A stretch of 21,270 nt of DNA from Ignisphaera sp. (lineage in GTDB: Archaea > Thermoproteota > Thermoprotei_A > Sulfolobales > Ignisphaeraceae), in assembly GCA_038889075.1 (NCBI GenBank), contig JAWAHS010000017.1, positions 9,483 through 30,752 of the forward strand. The letters run 5' to 3'. A program made the translations under genes and the position numbers. Below are positions 9,012-18,111 of the stretch, one piece after another (positions within the stretch are counted from its first letter, which is position 1; each line of letters begins with the position of its first letter). The notes beneath the pieces are model-generated. The model saw nothing but the letters and a program-made list of their open reading frames with translations. It searched no databases and was not told where the DNA came from.

Positions 9012-9767
9012 ATGGCTATCTCTAAAAATAGCTTTATATTGATAGATTACGTGATTAGGATTAAGGATACGAATGAGCTGGTTGATACAACGATAGAGGA
9101 GGTTGCAAAGAAGGAGAATAGATACGATGTTGAGAAGACCTACGAACCCCTACTTGTTATCGTTGGTGAGAATAGGGTTATAAGAGGTCTTGAGGAGCAT
9201 ATAGAGAATTTTGGCGAAGTGGATAAGGAGCTTACTATAGAGATACCGCCTGAGAAAGCCTACGGCTCTAGAGATCCGTCAAAGGTTAGAATAGTGAGTA
9301 TTAGGGAGCTTGTGAAAAACAATATTGTGCCAGAGGTTGGTAAAACCGTTGATATAGGTGGTCAGATAGGTATAGTTAAGGCCGTTACCGGTGGTAGGGT
9401 ACTTGTAGACTTTAACCATCCACTAGCTGGAAAGACCCTAATCTGTAGCTATAGGATAGTAAAGGTCGTTGAAGATGATGTAGAGAAGATAAAGCTTCTA
9501 CTACATAGAAGGTACAGAAAGATACCTACGGAGAGATTCAACGTATCCATAAACACAAACGATAACAGTATAACCATCGAATTGCCTAGGGAGATACACC
9601 TCGATAGAGATATACAGATCGTAAAAGCACTTGTAGCTGAAGAGATCTATAGATACATTGGAAAGTACACAACCATAACATATATAGAAAGATACAGTAG
9701 ACTCATAGAAACAGGTAGTAAACAAGAAGCAGTAGAGAAGCATATAGAGGCAGCTCCAACTACATAG
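9012..9767 (+). CDS. FKBP-type peptidyl-prolyl cis-trans isomerase (long archaeal SlyD-like type)
   Basis: VDTT, VIRGLEE, IPPEKAYG and VLVDFNHPLAGKTL plus the archaeal C-terminal domain. Confidence 0.93.
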   Translation: MAISKNSFILIDYVIRIKDTNELVDTTIEEVAKKENRYDVEKTYEPLLVIVGENRVIRGLEEHIENFGEVDKELTIEIPPEKAYGSRDPSKVRIVSIRELVKNNIVPEVGKTVDIGGQIGIVKAVTGGRVLVDFNHPLAGKTLICSYRIVKVVEDDVEKIKLLLHRRYRKIPTERFNVSINTNDNSITIELPREIHLDRDIQIVKALVAEEIYRYIGKYTTITYIERYSRLIETGSKQEAVEKHIEAAPTT

Positions 9768-10366
9768 ACCCTTTCCCCACAGCATATCCACAACAGTAGT
9801 AGAACTGAGCACTACCTCCACTACAGCATTCTTCTACACAGCTCTCCCCTTTGCATAAAGGTTAGCGAAGCTTTTTACAGCCAAAGTTTTTGAATGGGAT
9901 ATACAATTACAATTTACAGATTCGAATTCTCAAATATACTACAGCAGGTTTGAGGTATTAAGCATCTTCAGAGGTATAAGCAAAAGCTAGGAAAATGATC
10001 CCAAATCCAGATAATGAGCATAGATAGAGACTGTTATAGTTGAACTTCTTGGGAAAAAGGTAGTAAAGACCACTTTCACTGCTAGATCAAAGGAAAATAA
10101 TTGATAAGCCTATCGGGTGCCTAAAATGCTAGAGTTATTAAGGGTTTTGATGAGGTGGTGATTTAGGAACATTTCGTAGCTGTTACAGCTTACCATCGCT
10201 GCTTCTATAGTCCAGTGCTAGATAGAGTTGAGATGCTGGAAGCTGGTATTAGGTATGAACCATGCACTGGAACAAGCCTATGGATGGTAGGAGAGTGACT
10301 AGAGAATGAGACATGTTAAAGAAGGTCGAACACAGCATTTATGTATGCTATCACATATATTGGTTG

Positions 10367-11377
10367 TTAAAGCACTATATCTATACCGTTGTATGTTTTT
10401 ATTTTAACCCTGTTCTCCCCTTCGACAACCTTTCCTAGAATATGTGCTTTAAGATTGTGGTTTTTAATAACCTTTAGTAGCGGGTCTAGATTCTCAAGAG
10501 GTGTTGTCATTATAAGCCCTATACCCATGTTGAAAACCCTATACATTTCACTTGCATCTACATTGCCTAACTTCATTATTATCTCGAATATCTGGGGTGG
10601 TTTAGGCATCTCCATAACTATGTCTAGCCTATCTAGAACTCTTTTAACCTTTGTAAAAGCTCCTCCAGTGATATGTGCTACACCATGGACTATGCCTTTA
10701 TCTATAGCCTCTAGTACCATGCTGGAGTATATTGCTGTAGGTTTTGCTAGTTCTTCCCCGAGTTCAATACCCTCAACAATAGCTCCATAATCTCTAACTG
10801 TATTTTCGATGATTCTTCTAACCAATGTGTATCCATTGGCATGTAGACCCCAACTTTCTACACCTATAACAAAGTCTCCTACTACAGCTTTATTCACAAA
10901 CCCCGTTCTCTTAATAGCTAAAACAGTGCATACAACATCGACGCCACTTACAAGGTCTCTTAGTATAGCTGTTTCACCACCTAGAATAGGTATACGAGCA
11001 ATTTTAGCGGCTTTAATGAGGCCCTCTGCTATTTCCTTAAATATATCCGGATTATCGCTAGGCATAGCGATATAGTCTACTAGAGCTATGGGCTCACCAC
11101 CATCGCATACAACATCATTTACATTCATAGCTAGGCAGTCCCATCCAGCAACCCATAGTCTGCCAAGTCTTTCCAACACAATGGTTTTTGTTCCAACACC
11201 ATCAACGTGAAGCATGAGTTTCAAATCTCCTATCTTTATAGAGGTTCCATACCCACCGAGGCCTTCTACTTCTACACCAAGTTCTTGCAACAAATCGTTA
11301 ATAAGCTTGAGGACGTACTTATGCATATACCTATGCCTATCAAGATCCACCCCTGCTTTTGGATAACTCCATGACAT
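10367..11377 (-). CDS. purM: Phosphoribosylformylglycinamidine cyclo-ligase (AIR synthetase)
   Basis: YPKAGVD, VDGVGTK, AMNVND, GGETA, GLHANGYTL, AHITGGA and MYRVFNMGIG. ATG 11377 likely; 11404 is possible. Confidence 0.95.
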   Translation of the reverse strand: MSWSYPKAGVDLDRHRYMHKYVLKLINDLLQELGVEVEGLGGYGTSIKIGDLKLMLHVDGVGTKTIVLERLGRLWVAGWDCLAMNVNDVVCDGGEPIALVDYIAMPSDNPDIFKEIAEGLIKAAKIARIPILGGETAILRDLVSGVDVVCTVLAIKRTGFVNKAVVGDFVIGVESWGLHANGYTLVRRIIENTVRDYGAIVEGIELGEELAKPTAIYSSMVLEAIDKGIVHGVAHITGGAFTKVKRVLDRLDIVMEMPKPPQIFEIIMKLGNVDASEMYRVFNMGIGLIMTTPLENLDPLLKVIKNHNLKAHILGKVVEGENRVKIKTYNGIDIVL

Positions 11378-11620
11378 ATAAACCGCCAAGCCAGCCGCAC
11401 TCATACATAAACGATAAGATTAAGTTTTATAAAACTATGTTTGTAAAGTGGCTATTCTTCTAGTAGCAAACATCGCTAGCGGAGCGGCACTCATTTTTAC
11501 ATAATCTAGAATATAATCAGCTCTATATACATAGTTTATATAAATTATATGAAAGTTATGTAAACGAGAGATTTATATACAGTACACTACACTAAGTAAA
11601 TTATGTATAGGCGGAAGTCC
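11378..11620. promoter_or_regulatory. Divergent purM/purC promoter region with AT-rich dyads
   Basis: Perfect palindrome AGTTTTATAAAACT (11423-11436), near-palindrome ATAGTTTATATAAATTAT (11531-11548), TTTATATA at ~11572. Confidence 0.6.
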
Positions 11621-12349
11621 ATGGAAATGCTCTACGAAGGAAAAAGTAAACGTATTTATGTAAAAAACAGCGATACGCTGTTGATGGAGTTTAAGGACGA
11701 GGTTACAGCTATGGATGGTACTGTAAAAGCTGTAGCAAAAGGTAAAGGTATTATAAATGCACGTATTTCTGCATACCTCTTTGAATTTCTTGAAGAAGCA
11801 GGTATGAGGACACATTACATAGATTACGATGGTATGCGAACACTTACTGTTAAAAGACTATCCATAATACCTATAGAGGTTATAGTTAGGAACTATTCCT
11901 ATGGATCTCTTCTTAAGCGTATGCCCTTGTACAAACCTCTTCAGAAACTCGATCCTCCACTAGTTGAGCTCCACTTTAAAGATGATTCTCTTCACGATCC
12001 ACTCATCCTTGTAGAGGATGTACTTAATGCCGGTCTTCTTACAAAGAACGATATGCAAACGATAGCAAATATATCTCTCGAGGTTAACAAACTGCTTAAG
12101 GATCTATTTCTATCTAAGAATCTTACGCTAATTGATATGAAGCTCGAGTTTGGTAGAGATAGAAATGGGGATATAGTTTTAGCTGATGAAATATCGGGTG
12201 ACACATTTAGAGTTCTAGATGAGAATGGCGAACACCTTGACAAAGAGATCTTTAGGAAATCAAAGGATGCAAACCTTATGATGAAAGCTTACGTGAATCT
12301 ATGCAAACGTTTAGGAGTGGGGGTGGATGATGTCCATGTATATGGTTGA
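11621..12349 (+). CDS. purC: SAICAR synthetase
   Basis: LYEGKSKRIY, IPIEVIVRN, FKDDSLHDP, LIDMKLEFG and LADEISGDTFR. Start 11603, 11621 or 11627. Confidence 0.96.
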   Translation: MEMLYEGKSKRIYVKNSDTLLMEFKDEVTAMDGTVKAVAKGKGIINARISAYLFEFLEEAGMRTHYIDYDGMRTLTVKRLSIIPIEVIVRNYSYGSLLKRMPLYKPLQKLDPPLVELHFKDDSLHDPLILVEDVLNAGLLTKNDMQTIANISLEVNKLLKDLFLSKNLTLIDMKLEFGRDRNGDIVLADEISGDTFRVLDENGEHLDKEIFRKSKDANLMMKAYVNLCKRLGVGVDDVHVYG

Positions 12350-12587
12350 AGTTGTGATAACGAATAAGAAGGGGGTAAGAGATCCTGAGGGAGAGACCAT
12401 ACATAGGCAGCTTATACTAAGAAAAGGGTTTAACTCTGTTAAAGGTGTTAGAGCTGGAAAATATCTTCTATTCTCTGTTGAATCCAAAAGCCCTGAAGAA
12501 GCGGTGGAAATCGTTAAAACTCTATGCGAAAAGCTCCGAATATACAATCCTGTTGTACACGATATAGAGGTTGAGATCCGTGGTTAA
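12336..12587 (+). CDS. purS: FGAM synthase subunit PurS
   Basis: KKGVRDPEGETI, VRAGKYL and LC...YNPVV motifs; lies between purC and purQ. Confidence 0.93.
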   Translation: MYMVEVVITNKKGVRDPEGETIHRQLILRKGFNSVKGVRAGKYLLFSVESKSPEEAVEIVKTLCEKLRIYNPVVHDIEVEIRG

Positions 12588-13269
12588 AATAGCGATTCTC
12601 AAGTTTCCTGGTACAAACTGTGATGAAGATGTACGCCATGTTTTAAAGAATGTAATGGGTTTAGATTCTGAGATCGTTTGGTATAGGGAGTATGTAGAAG
12701 GATCTTACGATGCCATTATCATTCCAGGAGGTTTTAGCTATGGCGATTGGCTTAGGGCTGGAGCTATAGCTGCAAGAAGCGGGGTTATGGAGGAAATAGG
12801 TAATGATGTATCTAGGGGAGTACCTGTTCTAGGGATATGCAACGGTTTTCAGATACTTGTTGAAGCAGGTCTTCTACCTGGGGCACTTCTCCCAAATGAT
12901 AGTGGGAGATTCGAATGTAGATGGATAAAGGTTGTTGTAGAGAATCCGAAAGGTCCATGGCTATCGCTAGCAGAAGATGGGCAGGTGATCGATATGCCTA
13001 TAGCTCATGCTGAAGGCAGGTACTACTTAGATGATGAAACCTATACAAGGCTTTTGGGAAGCGTATCTATTCTAAGGTATGCTAAAGGTTGGAATCCGAA
13101 TGGCAGCATCTACGATATTGCTGGAATAGGTAGTGAAAATGGCTTAGTCTTAGGGCTTATGCCCCATCCAGAACGGGCTTCAGAGCCCGACTTAGTGCCT
13201 AGAGGCTTCACTATGGGTGGGAGAGTGATATTTGAAAGCCTTGCCCATTCTCTGAAGAAAGGGTGGTAG
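12580..13269 (+). CDS. purQ: FGAM synthase glutaminase subunit PurQ
   Basis: FPGTNCD, PGGFSYGDWLRAG, GICNGFQ (catalytic Cys), IAHAEG and MPHPER (His/Glu); triad intact. Confidence 0.96.
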   Translation: MVKIAILKFPGTNCDEDVRHVLKNVMGLDSEIVWYREYVEGSYDAIIIPGGFSYGDWLRAGAIAARSGVMEEIGNDVSRGVPVLGICNGFQILVEAGLLPGALLPNDSGRFECRWIKVVVENPKGPWLSLAEDGQVIDMPIAHAEGRYYLDDETYTRLLGSVSILRYAKGWNPNGSIYDIAGIGSENGLVLGLMPHPERASEPDLVPRGFTMGGRVIFESLAHSLKKGW

Positions 13270-13271
13270 CA

Positions 13272-15458
13272 ATGCCTCTAACACGTGAGGAGATAGAGGA
13301 GATAAGAGGCATTCTAGGTAGAGAGCCGACGGTCGAAGAACTCGCCATGTTTGAGGCTCAGTGGAGTGAACACTGCTCATATAAGAGCTCTAGACTACTG
13401 CTAAAGTTACTACCTACAACAGGTAAGCACGTTCTAATTGGTCCAGGGAGAGATGCACCTGCAGTGGAGCTGTTTCCAGATGTAGCTGTTGTTTTTAAGA
13501 TCGAAAGCCATAACCACCCCTCAGCTATAGACCCATACGATGGTGCTGCAACAGGTATTGGAGGTATCGTAAGGGATATTCTAACTCTCGGTGCTAAACC
13601 AATAGCCTTACTAGACCTTTTGTACATGGGTGACCCAGGGGATCCGCATGCCAACTGGCTTATAAGAGGTATTGTTAAGGGTATTAGCGATTATGGAAAT
13701 AGGATAGGTGTACCAACAGTAGCTGGGGATACCTGGTTCGATGCTTCATTCAATAAGCAACCGCTTGTAAACGTTGTATGTGTAGGTATAGTACCAGTAG
13801 GTAGGATCGTGACCAATGATCCTAAACCCGGTGACTACGTTGTTATAATAGGTAATGCAACAGGTAGAGATGGTCTTTTGGGTAGCAGTTTTGCTTCTAA
13901 ACCTCTTACAGGCGAAGATGAGATAGCGGCTGTTCAGGTGGGTGATCCTCTAACTGAGAAGCTTCTTATAGATGTTGTACAGGTATTGACCGAGGGCAAC
14001 CTTGTTAACTACATTAAGGATCTTGGTGGAGGAGGTCTAACGACTGCCATATGTGAAACAGCTGCTGATTATAATCTCGGTGCTGAAATACATATAGATA
14101 AACTCCATACAAGACAAGAACTTACACCTTTAGAGCTTCTCGTTTCTGAAAGCCAGGAGAGAATGCTATTAGCTGTTGATCCAGAGAAGCTTGGTAGAGT
14201 TGTTGATTTGCTAAATAGATTTGAGCTTAGCTACAGCATCATAGGCAGATTTGATAGTAGTGGGAGAATAAGGATATACTATAGGGATAGACTTGTAGCC
14301 GATGTCCCTACTAAAGAGCTTGCAAAACCTAGGGCTATAAGAAGACTTTCGAAAACACCTTTAGAGGCATTGAAAGGCTCTACACCTGTAATAGACATAC
14401 CGCTACCTGAAGATATAGGTAAATGTATTCTACTTCTCCTCTCATCACCTAATATAGCCTCTAAGAGATGGATATACGAGCAGTATGATCACGAGGTAGG
14501 TGCTAGAACTGTTATCAAACCTGGCTACGGAGATGCTGCAGTTCTTAGACTTCTTGATGGTAGTAAAAGGGGTTTAGCAGTTAAAGGCGATGCCAACCCT
14601 AGGTATACATACCTGGATCCATTCTCTGGGGCAGCTAATAGTGTAGCGGAGTGCTTTAGAAACCTTGTATCCGTAGGCTCAAAACCTATAGCAGTAGTCG
14701 ATGAGCTGAACGCAGGTAATCCGGAAAAACCTGAGCATTTCTGGTACTTTGAAGAAATGCTGAAGGGTATTGCCTGGATAGTTGAAGAACTGGGGCTGCC
14801 TATTGTTGGTGGAAAAGTTAGTTTCTACAATGAGGATGCCCAGGGAAGGCAGATAAAACCTACAACAACTATCGTAGGTATTGGCAGGATAGACAATATA
14901 GAGCTCGCTAAGACCCTTGATCTCAAGGCTGTTAACTCGGTAATAGCTGTTATTGGCACTACGTTTCCTGAAATAGGTGGTAGCGAGTATCTGTATAGAA
15001 TTCATGGGCTTGAGTTCGGCGAAATTCCGAGACCTAGACCGGTATCGGAGCTTAGGAACGCTGATTTTATACTTAAAGCAATAGAGGAGAGGCTCGTTCT
15101 ATCTGTTCACGATATAGGTTTGGGAGGTCTCGCTACAGCTGTTCTTGAAATGGCTATAGCTGGCGGTATAGGTGTAGATATAGATGTATCTAAAGTTCTA
15201 TGCAGAGGTTGTTATAGGGTTGACGAGGTACTGTTTTCAGAAACTCAAGCCAGATACGCGGTTGAGGTTGATGGTAGTAAGCTAGAGAGGTTTCTTATAC
15301 TAGCCGAGCAACTAAACGTACCTGTTTCCATTATAGGACGTAGTACCAATAGTAGGAGGTGTGCAATAAGATTTGGTGATAGGATTTTGCTTGAGGAGGA
15401 TATAGATTTCCTCAAAGACATTTACGAGAATAGCCTATATAAGGAGCTCGAGTGGTAG
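13272..15458 (+). CDS. purL: FGAM synthase subunit PurL (small type)
   Basis: WSEHCSYKSS, KIESHNHPS, GAATGIGGIVRD, DLGGGGL, SESQERM, EQYDHEV and GGKVSFYNE. Confidence 0.97.
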   Translation: MPLTREEIEEIRGILGREPTVEELAMFEAQWSEHCSYKSSRLLLKLLPTTGKHVLIGPGRDAPAVELFPDVAVVFKIESHNHPSAIDPYDGAATGIGGIVRDILTLGAKPIALLDLLYMGDPGDPHANWLIRGIVKGISDYGNRIGVPTVAGDTWFDASFNKQPLVNVVCVGIVPVGRIVTNDPKPGDYVVIIGNATGRDGLLGSSFASKPLTGEDEIAAVQVGDPLTEKLLIDVVQVLTEGNLVNYIKDLGGGGLTTAICETAADYNLGAEIHIDKLHTRQELTPLELLVSESQERMLLAVDPEKLGRVVDLLNRFELSYSIIGRFDSSGRIRIYYRDRLVADVPTKELAKPRAIRRLSKTPLEALKGSTPVIDIPLPEDIGKCILLLLSSPNIASKRWIYEQYDHEVGARTVIKPGYGDAAVLRLLDGSKRGLAVKGDANPRYTYLDPFSGAANSVAECFRNLVSVGSKPIAVVDELNAGNPEKPEHFWYFEEMLKGIAWIVEELGLPIVGGKVSFYNEDAQGRQIKPTTTIVGIGRIDNIELAKTLDLKAVNSVIAVIGTTFPEIGGSEYLYRIHGLEFGEIPRPRPVSELRNADFILKAIEERLVLSVHDIGLGGLATAVLEMAIAGGIGVDIDVSKVLCRGCYRVDEVLFSETQARYAVEVDGSKLERFLILAEQLNVPVSIIGRSTNSRRCAIRFGDRILLEEDIDFLKDIYENSLYKELEW

Positions 15459-15460
15459 CC

Positions 15461-16840
15461 ATGGGCGGAGTTGCTGTATATGCTTCTACAAAACCTAACT
15501 CCAGTGCTACGGATCTAGTTCTAGCTCTATTAATAGAGTTACAGCATAGAGGTCAGGAAGCAACAGGTATTACTGTAGCCTATACCGACGGCAATATGCT
15601 ACGCCATACCAGTAGAGGTACAGCACTCGATCTACTGAATAACGGGTTTGCACCCCAGATCCCCACCGGCACTGTCTTTGGTGTACTAGGATACACTAAG
15701 TACTCAGCATCTGTAGGACTAGATCCAGAGTCCCAGCCGATTATTGTAGAAGATAAAGGGTTTAGAATAGCTGTAGCTTTCGATGGTGCTATTGCTAACT
15801 ATAGGCTGCTAGCCAAGGAACTTAATTTAAGGAATCGCGAAAGCTACGTCCACGCATTTTCTGAAGCTATACATAAGCTAGCGCTAGAGTATGGTAAAGA
15901 TGTTGTAGAAGCTATTAGAGAGCTATCGACCATGGCTATCGGGGGGTACTCGATAACCATCATAACATCTGAGCCTAGGATCGTTATAGCTAGGGATCCC
16001 CACGGATTCAGACCCTTGGCATACTTATTTGATGGGGAGAAGTTCTTGGCGTCTTCTGAGAGCTCAGCATTAGAGGTTCTTGGTTATAGCAGGTGGAGGG
16101 AGGTCCTACACGGGGAGATAATATCCTTTGATGGCAAATCGCTAGAGGCTACAAGGGTTCCTGCAGAAGCTCCTACCCCATGCGTATTTGAGTATGTTTA
16201 CATAGCGAGGCTAGACACCATATTCAATGGTATCAACGTGTACGATGTAAGGGTTGGGCTGGGATACGAGCTTGCAAAAATAGCTCCAGCTAATGCTGAT
16301 GTTGTTATACCTGTACCGGATAGTGGACGAGCTGCTGCTATAGGGTATAGCAAAGGTAGTGGTATACCGTTTGAAGAGGGGCTTGTAGCTAATAGGTATC
16401 TCGGTAGAGGATTCATAATGTCTCCAGGGCTGCGAGAGGTTATAGCGAAGCTGAAGTACGGCATCATAAAGAGCTCTATACACCGTAAAAGGATTGCACT
16501 GGTCGATGATTCTATAGTACGCGGTACAACTATGGCTGCCATAGCTTCTAGGTTGAGAGATTTAGGAGCTAAGGAGGTTCACATAAGGATCTCGTGCCCA
16601 CCCTTCATGTATCCATGCTTTGTTGGGGTAGACGTTGCATCAAAGAAAGAGCTTCTTGCTTGGAAGACTATGGGTAGCAGAGAGATAGCTAGGGCTCTAA
16701 ATGCTGATACCGTAGCTTTCAATACGATTGAAAATCTGATCGAGGTTGTTGGGCTACCAAGCTTATGTATAGCATGCTTCACAGGCATCTATCCATTCAA
16801 AGATTTTTCCGCTGAAGATCTTGGGGAGACGTTCTCCTAG
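15461..16840 (+). CDS. purF: Amidophosphoribosyltransferase paralogue 1 (glutaminase residues degenerate)
   Basis: LQHRGQE, ARDPHGFRPL, CVFEYVY, VIPVPDSG, LVDDSIVRGTT, PCFVGVD and CIACFTG; the N-terminus is MGG rather than MCG. Confidence 0.92.
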   Translation: MGGVAVYASTKPNSSATDLVLALLIELQHRGQEATGITVAYTDGNMLRHTSRGTALDLLNNGFAPQIPTGTVFGVLGYTKYSASVGLDPESQPIIVEDKGFRIAVAFDGAIANYRLLAKELNLRNRESYVHAFSEAIHKLALEYGKDVVEAIRELSTMAIGGYSITIITSEPRIVIARDPHGFRPLAYLFDGEKFLASSESSALEVLGYSRWREVLHGEIISFDGKSLEATRVPAEAPTPCVFEYVYIARLDTIFNGINVYDVRVGLGYELAKIAPANADVVIPVPDSGRAAAIGYSKGSGIPFEEGLVANRYLGRGFIMSPGLREVIAKLKYGIIKSSIHRKRIALVDDSIVRGTTMAAIASRLRDLGAKEVHIRISCPPFMYPCFVGVDVASKKELLAWKTMGSREIARALNADTVAFNTIENLIEVVGLPSLCIACFTGIYPFKDFSAEDLGETFS

Positions 16841-16850
16841 GTGTATAGAG

Positions 16851-18107
16851 TTGTTTGGACTACTAGCAATATATGCATTTGATGAGCTTTGGACTTTAAG
16901 TACGTACGTAAAGTATGGATTAATGGCCTTACAACATAGAGGTGCCGAGAAGTACGTGATTTGTGTAGCCAATGGTAACGTTAGCTGCTATAGCTCAAAG
17001 AACATGGATGAGGTAGTCGATAAAGCGTCGAGTAATAGGGTTATAGGCGCTACCTACGCTGATAACGACGAACATCTATATCGAGAAACAATAGACGGTT
17101 TCGACGTAGCTCTTTTAGCTGAAAGAGCTCATAGCGTTTTCGACGATCTTGTTAGAGGAATTGGTAGGGCTATGAAGAGCGGTAGTACAAATGATATTGT
17201 AGCTGCATTCAACCTCTATAGCAATGTAGATGGCATCCCCTCATTTGTAGCCATCTCAAGCAATGGTGAAGTACTTGCCTGGAGAAGCCCAGGAGGATTA
17301 ACACCCATGGTTTTAGGAGGATACGGTTTTGATATGGCTATAATTTCTTCAGAGTCTACTGCTATAGATATACTTGATGCTGATATTAGGAGGTTCGTAG
17401 CTCCCGGAGAGGGCTTCTATATCTCTAGATACCTACTGAAAAACTTTAGAGTAGAAACCTCCGTTAAATCAAGACTGTGTTTGTTCGAGCTACTATACTT
17501 AGCTAGACACGATGCCGTTATTGATGGTGTTAGCGTCTACGAGTTTAGGAAGAGATTGGGGGAGGAGCTAGCTAGGGCATTTGATAAAGATGTAGATATT
17601 GCTGTAGGTGTTCCAGAAACGGCTCTACCTTATGCAATAGGTTTCTCAAATGCTATAGGTAGACCCTTTGAACTCGCATTTGTTGCCACCGGTGGTAGGG
17701 CTAGGTCTATGCTTAAATTCGATCCACGTGAAAAAATCGTAGCTATACATCTTAAGATGAATCCTATTAGAAGTAGCTTAGAGGGGAAGAAGATAGCCTT
17801 GGTGGATGATAGCATGGTCACGGGCTCTACAGTAAAAACGGTTTCGCAGATCCTGAGGTACAGAATCGGTGTTAACGAAATACACCTACTTATAGCAAGC
17901 CCACCGCTAATCAGTCCATGTCCTTACGGTGTTCTAAAGCTAGGTACGGAAAATCTTTTGGCGGCAAATCTTACTAAGGAGATGGCAGAGAAGTATCTGG
18001 AGGTGGATTCTCTCCACTGGCTTAGCATTGAAAGTATTGATCGTGTAGCGAAAATGTTTAGGCTAAATCTCTGTGGAAGGTGTTTCGGAGTGCATTTCTT
18101 TGGGTGA
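16851..18107 (+). CDS. purF: Amidophosphoribosyltransferase-like paralogue 2 (crenarchaeal purF2 type)
   Basis: YGLMALQHRG, CLFELLY, VGVPET, LVDDSMVTGST, PCPYG and CGRCF; TTG start at 16851 after an AGGTG RBS. Confidence 0.85.
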   Translation: MFGLLAIYAFDELWTLSTYVKYGLMALQHRGAEKYVICVANGNVSCYSSKNMDEVVDKASSNRVIGATYADNDEHLYRETIDGFDVALLAERAHSVFDDLVRGIGRAMKSGSTNDIVAAFNLYSNVDGIPSFVAISSNGEVLAWRSPGGLTPMVLGGYGFDMAIISSESTAIDILDADIRRFVAPGEGFYISRYLLKNFRVETSVKSRLCLFELLYLARHDAVIDGVSVYEFRKRLGEELARAFDKDVDIAVGVPETALPYAIGFSNAIGRPFELAFVATGGRARSMLKFDPREKIVAIHLKMNPIRSSLEGKKIALVDDSMVTGSTVKTVSQILRYRIGVNEIHLLIASPPLISPCPYGVLKLGTENLLAANLTKEMAEKYLEVDSLHWLSIESIDRVAKMFRLNLCGRCFGVHFFG

Positions 18108-18111
18108 GAAT

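Noticed and set aside
10147-10205. Possible C/D box sRNA starting at TGATGA
   Set aside because: No CTGA D box at the expected 45-60 nt distance.
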